NCBI GenBank assembly: GCA_032654565.1
Contig: JAULAX010000005.1
Span: 32,001 to 96,000, forward strand
From: Anaeromyxobacteraceae bacterium
Lineage (GTDB): Bacteria > Myxococcota > Myxococcia > Myxococcales > Anaeromyxobacteraceae
Direction: 5' to 3'
Length of the DNA: 64,000 nucleotides
The notes beneath the pieces were generated by a model. The model worked only from the letters and a program-made list of their open reading frames with translations. It did not search any database and was not told the origin of the DNA. Shown here one piece after another: positions 38,602 to 56,815 of the stretch (its first letter is position 1; every line of letters starts with the position of its first letter). Both the position numbers and the translations under genes were made by a program.

Positions 38602-41286
38602 CTACCCGGCGCGCGCCAGCCTGGCTCCCCGGGAGACGTCGCCGTCCCGGTCGCCGGCCCCGGCCTGCTGGAGGAAGCGCCCCAGCTCGACGTCGTGCTC
38701 GATGATGTGGCGCCGGACCCACTCGGGGAGGCGCCCCACCACCCAGCGCCGGAAGGGGATGGTGACCCCGCCCCGCTCCAGGCTGGCCAGCAGCTGCCGC
38801 GCCTCCTCGAGCAGGCCGGCGTGCGCCTCGGCGTGGCGGGCCAGCTCGGGGTAGCCGTGCGCCTTCATGAACCGCTCCTCGTGATCGAAGTGGGCCCCGA
38901 TGCCGGCGATGATGGTCTCGAAGGCCACCTGGACCTCCTCGCTCCGGCCGGTGGAGAGCATCTCTCTGAGGGCCTCGACGGCCTCGCTCAGCACCCGGTG
39001 CTCCTCGTCGATGGGAGCGAACCCGGTCCCGGCGTACATGGCGGCCCCGTCCCGCAGGGGCGGGGCGGCCACCGGCGGCAAGGCGGCGGCGGCCAGCACC
39101 TCGGCGGCGTCCAGGTCGTGGCACGCCACCCGGTTCCGCCCCCCGGCCTTGGCGCGGTAGAGCGCCTCGTCGGCCCGGCTGACCAGCGACTCGACGGTGT
39201 CCCCCGGCCGCAGCTCGGCCACGCCGAAGCTCCCGGTCACCGGTCCGGCCGGCCCCAGCGAGGTGGACGCCATCAGGCCCCGCAGCTTCTCGGCCAGCCG
39301 GACCGCCCCACCCGCCGGCGTCGACGCCGCCAGCACCACGAACTCCTCGCCCCCCCAGCGCCCCACCGAGTCGGAGTCGCGGACGTTGACCTCGATGATC
39401 CGGGAGACGCCGACCAGCACCTGGTCGCCGGCCTTGTGGCCGTGGACGTCGTTGACCCGCTTGAAGTGGTCGAGGTCGATCATCACCACCGAGAGCGGCT
39501 GGCCGTAGCGGCGGGACCGCTCCAGCTCGCTGGCGAAGACGCCGCCGAAGCCGGCCCGGTTGAAGACCCCGGTGAGCGGGTCGGTGTCGGCCTGGCGGGC
39601 CGAGTCGCGGGCCCGGGTCTCGGCGTCCCGCCGCTTGCCGGTGATCTTCGACTCGTCGCCCAGCTGGCGCTGCATGGCCACGAAGTAGGTGAGGACCACC
39701 GAGCAGAGGAGCAGGGTGATGACGATGCCGAGCAGCCGGTTGGCCACCTGGGTCTTCTCCCGCTTGAGCACCACCAGCGACCAGTCGGAGCCGGGGAGCG
39801 GGCGCCGCACCGCCACGCGCTTCTGCTGGTCGATCGACACCCACTCCGTCCCCACCACCGGGTGATCGAAGGGCGCCCGCGCCAGCCTCGGCGCCCCGGG
39901 CGACGACGCCGTCGCCGGTGCGGCTCCGTCCGGTGCGCTCCAGAGGCGCAGCCCCGCCGGGACCGGACGGGTGGCCACCAGCACCTGCCCCTCGGCCGAG
40001 ACCAGGTAGGTCTCGTCGGCCACCTTGGGGCCCAGCTGCTCCGCTTCCAGGTTGCGCTTGACCACTCCCACCGCCACCAGCCGGCCGTCGGCGCCGTAGA
40101 CCGCCTCGCTGGCGTAGTAACCGGGGATCCTGCTCACCAGCCCCATGCCGAGGAACCGCCCCGGGCGCCCGGCCACCGCGTCCTTGAAGTAGTCGCGCTG
40201 GGCGTAGTTCTTCCCCAGGAAGCTGTCGGGCCTTCCCCGGTTCGACGTCGAGATGGTGAGGCCGGTGGCGTCGAGGAGGTAGACCACCCACCCTTCGGAG
40301 GCCAGCGCCAGCGAGTCGACCAGCCCGTCGAGCCGTCCGGGCTCGATGGTGTCGGCCTCCAGGTAGTAGCCCTGCAGCAGCCTGGACAGGGTCCGCGCCC
40401 CGCGGTCGGCCCCGTCCATCTCGTTCTGCAGGTGGTCGAAGACATGCGCGGCCGAGGCCTCGGCCTCCTCGACGACGTCGCGGTCGTGGAGGCGGCCCAG
40501 CCTGTCGGTGAAGACCCAGCCGCCGGCCAGGATGACCGTGAGGGAGATGACCAGCACCCTGAACAGCAGCCGCCGCTTGTGGAGCACCCGGCCCGCCGGG
40601 TCGAAGGAGACCGCCAGCAGCCAGATCGACAGCGCCATCCCGAAGACCACCAGCCCCCGGACCAGCTGGATGGGCACACCGGTCCACCGCTGGAGGTCCT
40701 CGGCGCTCGGCCACGGACCGGGCAGGTAGGCGGCTCGCGGGACCACCAGCCCCGCCGCCAGCCCGAACGCGAGGAAGCTGCCGCCGCTCCAGAGCCTGGC
40801 CCGCCGGGAGGCCGGCCCCCCGCCCATGGCCTCGGAGCGGGCGGCGGCGACCAGGAAGTGACTGGCCGTCCAGGCCAGCGCCGGGGCGGCGATCACCAGC
40901 CGCACCGAGGTCTCGAGCGAGGAGAGGCCGCCGACGGCGGTCAGCCCCGCGAGCAGGGTGACCGGCACCAGGTGGAGCCAGGGGGCCAGCTGCCGGCCGA
41001 GGAGGATCCGGTGGTTCCGCCGGGCGAACTCGAGCAGCAGCAGGAAGCTGGCGCCGATCAGCGCCGTCCGGGCCAGCTGGAACAGGGCCGAGTCCACCAT
41101 GGTCAGCGCCAGCAGGTGGAGCCACTCGGCGGCGCCGTGGGTGAATGCGCTGGCGCCGAGGAGCCACCAGGGCGTGGGGAGCGGCCCGGCCCGCGACATG
41201 GAGAGGCAGACGGCGCCGAGCAGGAAGAGCCCCAGCCCGTTGAAGAAGTAGATGTAGTCGAGCTGCGCGACGAGCAGGTTCGGCAT
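38602..41286 (-). CDS. Membrane diguanylate cyclase with Cache-like sensor and C-terminal hemerythrin
   Basis: N-terminal multi-TM region, periplasmic Cache-like segment, DPLTG.FNR, DLDHFK.VND.HGH.GD, RDSD, RWGGEEF. Hemerythrin motifs IDEEH, HFDHEE, H...H, HI..HD. Confidence 0.9.
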   Translation of the reverse strand: MPNLLVAQLDYIYFFNGLGLFLLGAVCLSMSRAGPLPTPWWLLGASAFTHGAAEWLHLLALTMVDSALFQLARTALIGASFLLLLEFARRNHRILLGRQLAPWLHLVPVTLLAGLTAVGGLSSLETSVRLVIAAPALAWTASHFLVAAARSEAMGGGPASRRARLWSGGSFLAFGLAAGLVVPRAAYLPGPWPSAEDLQRWTGVPIQLVRGLVVFGMALSIWLLAVSFDPAGRVLHKRRLLFRVLVISLTVILAGGWVFTDRLGRLHDRDVVEEAEASAAHVFDHLQNEMDGADRGARTLSRLLQGYYLEADTIEPGRLDGLVDSLALASEGWVVYLLDATGLTISTSNRGRPDSFLGKNYAQRDYFKDAVAGRPGRFLGMGLVSRIPGYYASEAVYGADGRLVAVGVVKRNLEAEQLGPKVADETYLVSAEGQVLVATRPVPAGLRLWSAPDGAAPATASSPGAPRLARAPFDHPVVGTEWVSIDQQKRVAVRRPLPGSDWSLVVLKREKTQVANRLLGIVITLLLCSVVLTYFVAMQRQLGDESKITGKRRDAETRARDSARQADTDPLTGVFNRAGFGGVFASELERSRRYGQPLSVVMIDLDHFKRVNDVHGHKAGDQVLVGVSRIIEVNVRDSDSVGRWGGEEFVVLAASTPAGGAVRLAEKLRGLMASTSLGPAGPVTGSFGVAELRPGDTVESLVSRADEALYRAKAGGRNRVACHDLDAAEVLAAAALPPVAAPPLRDGAAMYAGTGFAPIDEEHRVLSEAVEALREMLSTGRSEEVQVAFETIIAGIGAHFDHEERFMKAHGYPELARHAEAHAGLLEEARQLLASLERGGVTIPFRRWVVGRLPEWVRRHIIEHDVELGRFLQQAGAGDRDGDVSRGARLARAG

Positions 41287-41602
41287 GGTTCCTCCCCCCG
41301 GGGAACGCCCTGCGGTGAACGGCCACCGCAGACCCCGGCCATTTCACCGCAAGGCTCATGCCGATCGGCGGTGGCAGCGACGGTCCGGCCCCGCGCCCCA
41401 TCCCGCCGGATCGCGTGGGGAATCTCTCCAGGCGGGGTGGTGGCGCCACCCGGGGCGGGTGGGTCATCGACCCGGCCGGGTCCGGGCGAACCCCGCGGAG
41501 GCTCGGCCAGACGGGGGCGTCGGCCCCGGGGAAAGGAGCGGCGGCGGCGTGGTACATTCGGGTGGTCGGCCGCGACCGCGGCCCAGCGCCGGAGGGGACG
41601 CC

Positions 41603-42331
41603 ATCACCCGCTCGAAGAAGAAGACCGCCCGCAAGCTCCCCGCCCGGCCCGCCGCGCGCCCGGCGCCGCGCCGGGCCACGCCCAAGGTCACGTCCAGGCG
41701 CACCGCGAACGCTGCTCCCAGGACCGCCCGCAAGGCGCCCCGTCCGTCCTCACGGGGCGCCGCCGCCCTCTCCGACCACCCGCTCGGCGAGGGGGTCGCC
41801 GACGGCTTCGCGCTGCGCCGCCTCAAGGCGCCGGCCCACCTCTCCCGGACACCGAGGAAGGCGGTCCGCGAGGTGGGGTGGGCGGCTTTCGGCGAGGTGG
41901 CCCGCCAGCTGGCGCTGCGCATCGCCGAGCGCTTCCAGCCGGCGGTGGTGCTGGGCATCGCCAAGGGCGGCGTCTTCGTCGGTGGCGCGCTGGCCGCGGC
42001 GCTGCAGGCCGACTTCCACCCGGTGCGGATCGAGAAGCGGCGCCGCGACGCCGGCGCCGGGCCGGTCGAGCAGCTCCCCGACCTGACCGGCAAGAAGGTG
42101 CTGGTGGTGGACGACGTCTGCGCCAGCGGCAGCACGCTGGCCAAGGCCCGCGCCGTGGCCCGCAAGGCCGGCGCCCGGCAGGTGCAGACCGCGGTGCTGG
42201 TGCGGCGCCCCACGGGCGCCCGGCCCGACTGGTTCGCCTTCGAGACCGACGAGCTCTTCCTCTTCGGCTGGGACTACGAGCTCCAGGACACCGGCTCCGC
42301 GGCCCTCGACCCCGGCGAGGTCGGCGTCTAG
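41603..42331 (+). CDS. Phosphoribosyltransferase with basic N-terminal extension (start uncertain, candidate ATC)
   Basis: LGIAKGG and PRPP-binding VLVVDDVCASGSTL. GGAGG 7 nt before an in-frame ATC at 41603. Confidence 0.8.
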   Translation: MTRSKKKTARKLPARPAARPAPRRATPKVTSRRTANAAPRTARKAPRPSSRGAAALSDHPLGEGVADGFALRRLKAPAHLSRTPRKAVREVGWAAFGEVARQLALRIAERFQPAVVLGIAKGGVFVGGALAAALQADFHPVRIEKRRRDAGAGPVEQLPDLTGKKVLVVDDVCASGSTLAKARAVARKAGARQVQTAVLVRRPTGARPDWFAFETDELFLFGWDYELQDTGSAALDPGEVGV

Positions 42332-42348
42332 GTCGCGCCGGGTCGACC

Positions 42349-47906
<5,558 letters not shown>

Positions 47907-47917
47907 GGGACCGCACC

Positions 47918-49321
<1,404 letters not shown>

Positions 49322-49347
49322 CCGGGCGCCTCAACCGGGGCCGCTCC

Positions 49348-49380
49348 TTTCAGTTTCGAAGCTGCATTGCAGGGCTGCAA
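49348..49380. promoter_or_regulatory. Candidate enhancer (UAS) for a sigma54 activator
   Basis: Palindrome TTGCA-GGGC-TGCAA at 49367-49380 plus a weaker TTTCAGTTTCGAA copy at 49348, about 120-150 bp upstream of a -24/-12 promoter. Confidence 0.5.
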
Positions 49381-49496
49381 GGAGGCCTGGCGCCGCCGAC
49401 CCCGAAGGTCGGGACGGGGTCGGGCCGCTGCGGGGAACTCCTTGCAACGCAAAGGGTTTGCCGCCACCGCCCCGGCGCCCGACGGCGGTTCGGCGC

Positions 49497-49512
49497 TGGC
49501 ACCCCCGTTGCT
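49497..49512 (+). promoter_or_regulatory. sigma54 (-24/-12) promoter
   Basis: TGGCACCCCCGTTGCT matches TGGCAC-N5-TTGCW with exact GG-N10-GC spacing. Confidence 0.8.
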
Positions 49513-49597
49513 AAGCCAGGGCCCGAGGCGCAGAGCCGCAGGCCTGGGTACGGTCCCCCCCCGCCACTCCGGCTACGCTCTGCGCCTCATTGACGCC

Positions 49598-49930
49598 ATG
49601 GCCTCGGTCCTCCTCATCGACGGAGACCGGAACTTCCGGGAAGCGCTGGCGATCGCCCTGCGCCTCGACGGGTGCGCCGTGACCACGGCCGGCGGCGCCC
49701 CCGAGGCCCTGGCCCTGCTGGAGCGGGGCGGCTACGACCTCTGCCTCGTCGACCTGAACGTGGGCGGCGTCGAGGGGGTGCTGCGGAAGGCCGCCGGCCA
49801 CCCCGCGCCGGTGCTGGTGACCGGCCCGTACTCGGAGCTGCTGGAGGCCGCGGCCCGGCGTCACCCGCCGGTGCGGGCGCTGCCCAAGCCCTTCGCCGCC
49901 GCCGACCTGCTGGCGCGGCTGGCGAGCTGA
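49598..49930 (+). CDS. Single-domain response regulator
   Basis: VLLIDGD, YDLCLVD, VLVTG, PKPF. Confidence 0.8.
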   Translation: MASVLLIDGDRNFREALAIALRLDGCAVTTAGGAPEALALLERGGYDLCLVDLNVGGVEGVLRKAAGHPAPVLVTGPYSELLEAAARRHPPVRALPKPFAAADLLARLAS

Positions 49931-49948
49931 CCGGTCCGACCGCGTCGG

Positions 49949-51424
49949 CTACATCACCAGCGCGCTGGCCGCCTGCGCCAGGCGGAGGATGGGGTCGGCC
50001 ACCAGGCCGAAGAGCACCACCACCAGCGCCGCCACGCCGAGGGCGAAGACCATGGCCGGCGCCGGCGCCGCCGCCTCGGTCCCCTCGGCCGGCTTCATGT
50101 ACATGTGCACCACCACCCGCAGGTAGTAGAAGGCGCCGAGGATGCTGGTGAGCACGCCGACGATGGCCAGCGGGTAGAGCTGGGCGCCGACCGCGGCCTT
50201 GAAGAGGTACAGCTTGGCCACGAAGCCGGCGGTGGGCGGCACCCCGGCCAGGCTGAGCAGGAAGACGGTCATGGCGAAGGCCAGCCCCGGCCGCCGGCTG
50301 GCCAGCCCGGAGAAGCGGGAGAGGTCCCAGGCCGCCGCCGGCTCGCGGTCGCCCCGGGTGCGCTCCTCGAGCGAGCCCACCACGGCGAAGGCGCCGATGG
50401 CGGTGGCGGTGTAGGCGGCCAGGTAGAAGAGCAGGCCGGCCAGGGCCATGGAGCGAGCCCCCTCCACCCGGGTGGAGACCACGCCGACCAGCAGGTAGCC
50501 GGCGTGGGCGATCGACGAGTAGGCCAGCATCCGCTTGACGCTGCGCTGGGGGAGCGCCAACAGGTTGCCGACGATCATGGTGAGGACCGCCAGCACCACC
50601 AGCACCTTCTCGAAGGAGAGGTCGCCGGCCCCGCCGCCCACCTGCGAGGAGAGGAAGACCCGGGCCAGCAGCGCGAAGGCGGCGGTCTTGACGCCGGCCG
50701 CCATGAAGGCGGTCACCGGCGTGGGCGCCCCCTCGTAGACGTCCGGGACCCAGGCGTGGAAGGGGACGGCGCCGACCTTGAAGGCCAGGCCGGAGGCGAT
50801 CAGGCCGAGCCCGCCCAGCAGCAGCAGCGAGCCGGCCCCCTTGGCGCCGTGCATGGCCGAGAAGAGCGTGGTGCCGGTGGCGCCGAAGACCAGCGAGCTG
50901 CCGTAGAGCAGCAGCGCCGAGGAGATGGCGCCGAGGATCATGTACTTGAAGGCCGCCTCGGAGGGGCGCCGGCCGCGGCGCACGTAGGCGGTCAGCGAGT
51001 AGGTGGAGAGGCTCATGATCTCGATGGCCACGAAGGCCACCAGCAGGTCGGAGGCCATGCCCACCAGCGCCATGCCGGCCGCGGCGAAGAGGGTCAGCGC
51101 GTAGTACTCGCCCCGCTCGGCGTCGCGGGCCTGCAGCCAGCTGGCGCTCATCAGCGCCGAGAGGGCGACGCCGCCGCAGATGATGACGGTGACGAAGACC
51201 GAGAAGAGGTCCACGGTGGCCTGGCCGCCGAAGACGGGGCCGGCCGGCTGGGCCACCACCGCGGCCACGGCGGCCAGCAGCGCCGTCACCACGGTGAGCC
51301 CGGACTGGTAGCCGCGCCGGACCGAGGAGAGGAAGACCTCGCTGAGCAGCAGGGCCAGCCCGCCGGCGGTGAGGATGGCGATGGGGACCAGGGCGACGAA
51401 GTCGCGTGTCGGGAAGCCGGTCAT
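49949..51424 (-). CDS. nuoN: NADH-quinone oxidoreductase subunit N
   Basis: [45 protein letters not shown]. Confidence 0.95.
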   Translation of the reverse strand: MTGFPTRDFVALVPIAILTAGGLALLLSEVFLSSVRRGYQSGLTVVTALLAAVAAVVAQPAGPVFGGQATVDLFSVFVTVIICGGVALSALMSASWLQARDAERGEYYALTLFAAAGMALVGMASDLLVAFVAIEIMSLSTYSLTAYVRRGRRPSEAAFKYMILGAISSALLLYGSSLVFGATGTTLFSAMHGAKGAGSLLLLGGLGLIASGLAFKVGAVPFHAWVPDVYEGAPTPVTAFMAAGVKTAAFALLARVFLSSQVGGGAGDLSFEKVLVVLAVLTMIVGNLLALPQRSVKRMLAYSSIAHAGYLLVGVVSTRVEGARSMALAGLLFYLAAYTATAIGAFAVVGSLEERTRGDREPAAAWDLSRFSGLASRRPGLAFAMTVFLLSLAGVPPTAGFVAKLYLFKAAVGAQLYPLAIVGVLTSILGAFYYLRVVVHMYMKPAEGTEAAAPAPAMVFALGVAALVVVLFGLVADPILRLAQAASALVM

Positions 51425-51425
51425 G

Positions 51426-52997
<1,572 letters not shown>

Positions 52998-52999
52998 GG

Positions 53000-55027
53000 T
53001 TACAGGCCCCCGACGCCGAGGACGGTGGCGAGGATGGCGGCCGCGGCCAGGGCCATGAAGCCGGCGTAGCGCTGGATGTCCCCGTCCTGGGCCAGGCGCC
53101 CCACCGAGCCGAAGAAGCCGACCAGGCGCGCCACCCCGTTGACCATCAGCCCGTCGATGAGGAAGACGTCGACCACCCGCCAGAGCCCGCGGGCCAGCGA
53201 CTTGAGCGGCCCGATGATCGCCGCCTCGTAGAGCTCGTCGACGCGGAACTTGTCGACCATGAGCCGGTAGGTGCGGGGCAGGGCGCCGGCCAGCGCCGCC
53301 GGCAGCTTGAGCCAGCCGCGGCCGTACATGAGCAGGCCGATCACCGTGCCGCCCACGGCGATGAACCAGGCGGCGAAGTAGGGCCAGGCCGGGTGGGCGC
53401 CGGCGTGGAAGTGGCCGACCGCGTAGAGCCGCTCGGTGCCGGGGGCGAAGACCGGCTCGACGTAGTGGGCGAAGAGCTCGGAGACCGGCGAGCTGCCGGG
53501 CAGGCCGAGCAGCAGCCCCACCGCCGCCAGCACCGCCAGCACCATCAGCGGCACGGTCATGGCGAAGGAGGACTCGTGGGCGTGCTCGGCGGCGTGGGTG
53601 CGGGGCTTGCCCTGGAAGGTCAGCCAGTAGAGCCGGGTCATGTAGAAGGCGGTGCCGAGCGCGGCCAGCGAGCCGATCCCGTAGGCGATGGGGCCGACCA
53701 GGTGCCAGGCCGGGTTGGAGCTGAAGAGCGAGTACCCGAGGATGGCGTCCTTCGACCAGAAGCCGGCCAGCGGGAGGATGCCGGTGGCCGAGATGGTGGC
53801 CACCAGGAAGGTCCAGTGGGTGTGCGGCATCTTGCCGGCCAGCCCGCCCATCTTGCGGATGTCGGTCTCGTCCCCCATGCCGTGCATCACCGAGCCGGCG
53901 CCGAGGAAGAGGCAGCCCTTGAAGAAGGCGTGGATCACCAGGTGGAGCACGCCGGCCCACCAGGCGCCGCAGCCGACCCCGATGAACATGAAGCCGAGCT
54001 GGCTGACCGTGGAGTAGGCCAGCACCTTCTTGATGTCGTTCTGGGTGAAGGCGATGACCGCGGCGAAGAGCGCGGTGGCGGCGCCGACGATGGTCACCGT
54101 GGCCATGGCCGCCGGCGCCAGCGTGAAGAGCATGGAGTTGCGGGCCACCAGGTAGACGCCGGCGGTGACCATGGTGGCGGCGTGGATCAGGGCCGAGACC
54201 GGGGTGGGGCCGGCCATGGCGTCGGGCAGCCAGATGTAGAGGGGCAGCTGCGCCGACTTGCCGGCGGCGCCGACGAAGAGGCAGAGCATGGCGAAGGTGA
54301 TCGCCCCCTGCCAGGTCCAGCCGGCGAAGAGGCCGGAGGCGATGGTGGCCTCGGGGGTGATGACCCGGGCCAGGTTGGCGAGCTCGGCGTAGCTGGTGGT
54401 GCCGAAGAGGGCCAGCAGCGCGAAGACCCCGAGCAGGAAGCCGAAGTCGCCCACCCGGTTGGTGACGAAGGCCTTGCGGCCGGCGAAGGCCTTCTGCTCG
54501 TCGGTGTACCAGAAGCCGATCAGCAGGTAGCTGCAGAGGCCGACGCCCTCCCAGCCCACGAAGGTGAGGAGCAGCGAGTCGCCCAGCACCAGGGTGAGCA
54601 TGGCGGCGACGAAGAGGTTCAGGTAGGTGAAGAAGCGGGCGTAGCCGGCGTCGTCCTCGTGCGACATGTAGGACGCCGAGTAGACGTGGATGAGCGTGCC
54701 GACGCCGGTGATGACCAGCAGCAGGGTGCCGGAGAGCCGGTCGAGCAGCAGCCCCCAGGCCACGTGGACGAGGGACTGGCCGTCGGCCCCGGTCACGGCG
54801 ATCCAGGGGGTCCCCTGGAAGCGCAGGTTCCGGGTGGTCAGCACCCAATAGAAGGCGATGGCGGCGATGACCAGGGAGCCGACCATGGCGCCGATGGCGA
54901 CCAGGGTGGCGTTTCCCTTGCCGATTCGGCGACCGAAGAGCCCGTTGATCAGGGCGCCGGCCAGGGGGAACAGGATGATGGCCCAGAGGCTCGCCTCGGC
55001 CGCGGCGGGGGTCGGCAGGAAGGGCAT
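53000..55027 (-). CDS. nuoL: NADH-quinone oxidoreductase subunit L
   Basis: GWEGVGLCSYLLIGFW, NRVGD, GKSAQLPL..WLPDAMAGPTPVSALIHAATMV, HAFFK. Confidence 0.96.
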   Translation of the reverse strand: MPFLPTPAAAEASLWAIILFPLAGALINGLFGRRIGKGNATLVAIGAMVGSLVIAAIAFYWVLTTRNLRFQGTPWIAVTGADGQSLVHVAWGLLLDRLSGTLLLVITGVGTLIHVYSASYMSHEDDAGYARFFTYLNLFVAAMLTLVLGDSLLLTFVGWEGVGLCSYLLIGFWYTDEQKAFAGRKAFVTNRVGDFGFLLGVFALLALFGTTSYAELANLARVITPEATIASGLFAGWTWQGAITFAMLCLFVGAAGKSAQLPLYIWLPDAMAGPTPVSALIHAATMVTAGVYLVARNSMLFTLAPAAMATVTIVGAATALFAAVIAFTQNDIKKVLAYSTVSQLGFMFIGVGCGAWWAGVLHLVIHAFFKGCLFLGAGSVMHGMGDETDIRKMGGLAGKMPHTHWTFLVATISATGILPLAGFWSKDAILGYSLFSSNPAWHLVGPIAYGIGSLAALGTAFYMTRLYWLTFQGKPRTHAAEHAHESSFAMTVPLMVLAVLAAVGLLLGLPGSSPVSELFAHYVEPVFAPGTERLYAVGHFHAGAHPAWPYFAAWFIAVGGTVIGLLMYGRGWLKLPAALAGALPRTYRLMVDKFRVDELYEAAIIGPLKSLARGLWRVVDVFLIDGLMVNGVARLVGFFGSVGRLAQDGDIQRYAGFMALAAAAILATVLGVGGL

Positions 55028-55041
55028 AGGAGTGGGGCGAA

Positions 55042-55070
55042 GAATTACCCGCTTGGGCAGGCCAAGGCAA
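55042..55070 (-). promoter_or_regulatory. Candidate sigma70 promoter for nuoLMN (TTGCCT-N17-TAATTC)
   Basis: Read on the minus strand in the nuoL/selA divergent gap. Imperfect -10. Confidence 0.4.
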
Positions 55071-55156
55071 CGAACTTCTGGCCCCTTTTCCCCGTGGGTG
55101 CGGCGGGATGCCCACCCGTCGGGTCCACGAATCGCCGGCGTGTTATTCGATCTGCC

Positions 55157-56677
55157 ATGCCCCCGCCCTCCCCCCCGCCCGAACCGGCCGCCGCCGCCGA
55201 GGTCCGCAAGCTCCCCCGGGCCGACCGGCTGCTCGAGGCGGCCGGGCAGGCCGGGCTGCTCACGCGCCTCGGCCACCAGCCGGTCATGGAGGCGGTGCGG
55301 GCCGAGCTGGAGCGCCACCGGGCGGCGGTGCTGGCCGGGGCCCCCTGCCCACCCGCCGAGGCCATCGAGGCGGCGCTGCTGGCGCGCCTCGCCGCCGACC
55401 TCCCGGGACCGCTGCGGCGGGTCGTCAACGCCACCGGCGTGGTCCTCCACACCAACCTGGGGCGGGCCCCGCTCTCCGCCGCCACCGCCGCCGCCATGGC
55501 CGCCGCCGCCGAGGGGTACTCGACGCTGGAGTTCGACGTGGCTCGGGGCGAGCGCGGCGACCGCTATCACCACGCCGCCGGGGCGCTCAGCCGCCTCACC
55601 GGCGCCGAGGACGCCCTGGCGGTCAACAACGGGGCCGCCGCCGTGCTGCTGGCGCTGGCCGCCCTCTCGTCCGCTCGCCCGTCGGGATCGCCGGCCGACC
55701 GCTCGCCCGCGGAGCCGGGCCAGCCGGAGGCGCCGGCTCACGGCCTGGCGGAGGTGCCACCGCCGGGCGTGCCGGAGGTGCCACCGCCCGGCTTGCCGGA
55801 GGTGATCGTCAGCCGCGGCCAGCTGGTGGAGATCGGCGGCGGCTTCCGCATCCCCGACGTGCTGCGCCGCTCCGGGGCGGCGCTGGTCGAGGTGGGCACC
55901 ACCAACCGGACCTACCTCGACGACATCGAGGCGGCCATCACTCCCCGCACCCGGGCGGTGCTCTCGGTGCACCGCTCCAACTTCCGGCTCGACGGCTTCG
56001 TCGCCGAGCCCACGCTCGCGGAGCTGGTGGGGCTGGCGCGGCGGCGCGACCTCTGGGTGGTGGACGACCTCGGCTCCGGGGCGCTGCTGCCGACCGCCCC
56101 GCACGGCCTGGCCCCCGAGCCGACGGTGGGCGAGCGGGTGCGGGCCGGCGCCGACCTGGTCTGCTTCTCCGGCGACAAGCTGCTGGGCGGACCGCAGGCC
56201 GGGCTGCTGGTGGGGCGGGCGGCGGCGGTGGCGCTGGTGAAGCGCCACCCGCTGCTGCGGGCGCTGCGGCTCGACAAGGTGGCGCTGGCCGGCCTCTCGG
56301 CCACGCTGGCCCACTACGAGCGGGGCGAAGCGCTGCGCGAGCTCCCGGTCTGGCGGGCCATCGCCCGGCCGCTCCCCGAGCTGGAGGCCACGGCGCGCCG
56401 CTGGCTGGCGGCGCTGGCGGCGCGGACGCCGGGGGCCGGGGTGCGGCCCGGCGAGTCGGCGGTGGGGGGCGGGACGCTGCCGGGCGAGACCCTGCCCACC
56501 TGGCTGCTCACCCTGCCCACGCCCGACCCGGCGGCGCTGCTGGCCGCCCTGCGGCGGGCGCCGGTGCCGGTGGTGGCCCGGATCCTCGACGGCGCGGTGG
56601 TGCTCGATCCGCGCACCGTGCTCGACGGCGAGGAGGCGGGGCTGCTGGCGTCGCTCCAGGCGGCGCTGGGGGCGTAG
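55157..56677 (+). CDS. selA: L-seryl-tRNA(Sec) selenium transferase, with internal insertion
   Basis: VVNATGVVLHTNLGRAPL, SRGQLVEIGGGFRIP, EVGTTNRT, DLGSG, FSGDKLLGGPQAG (PLP Lys). Confidence 0.95.
   Translation: MPPPSPPPEPAAAAEVRKLPRADRLLEAAGQAGLLTRLGHQPVMEAVRAELERHRAAVLAGAPCPPAEAIEAALLARLAADLPGPLRRVVNATGVVLHTNLGRAPLSAATAAAMAAAAEGYSTLEFDVARGERGDRYHHAAGALSRLTGAEDALAVNNGAAAVLLALAALSSARPSGSPADRSPAEPGQPEAPAHGLAEVPPPGVPEVPPPGLPEVIVSRGQLVEIGGGFRIPDVLRRSGAALVEVGTTNRTYLDDIEAAITPRTRAVLSVHRSNFRLDGFVAEPTLAELVGLARRRDLWVVDDLGSGALLPTAPHGLAPEPTVGERVRAGADLVCFSGDKLLGGPQAGLLVGRAAAVALVKRHPLLRALRLDKVALAGLSATLAHYERGEALRELPVWRAIARPLPELEATARRWLAALAARTPGAGVRPGESAVGGGTLPGETLPTWLLTLPTPDPAALLAALRRAPVPVVARILDGAVVLDPRTVLDGEEAGLLASLQAALGA
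55742..55804 (+). repeat. 24-bp in-frame tandem repeat x2.6 inside selA
   Basis: GGCCTGGCGGAGGTGCCACCGCCG / GGCGTGCCGGAGGTGCCACCGCCC / GGCTTGCCGGAGGTG, translating to GLAEVPPP GVPEVPPP GLPEV. Confidence 0.85.
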
Positions 56678-56815
56678 GGCTCGCGCCCCACTGACCGAGG
56701 TCGGGGCCTCCCGCTCCTGGTGTCCCGCCTGTCGACTGGCGGTGGCGCCTGAATAGGTTGCGTGGTGGCTTCGTCCTCCCATTCAAGAGGGGAACGAACC
56801 AGCGAGGAGCACGCC

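Noticed and set aside
49436..49465. c-di-GMP-I (GEMM) riboswitch suggested by GGCAAAC / CGCAAAG words
   Set aside because: The two words are on opposite strands and the GNRA-capped P2 architecture is missing. It is better explained as part of the sigma54 promoter.
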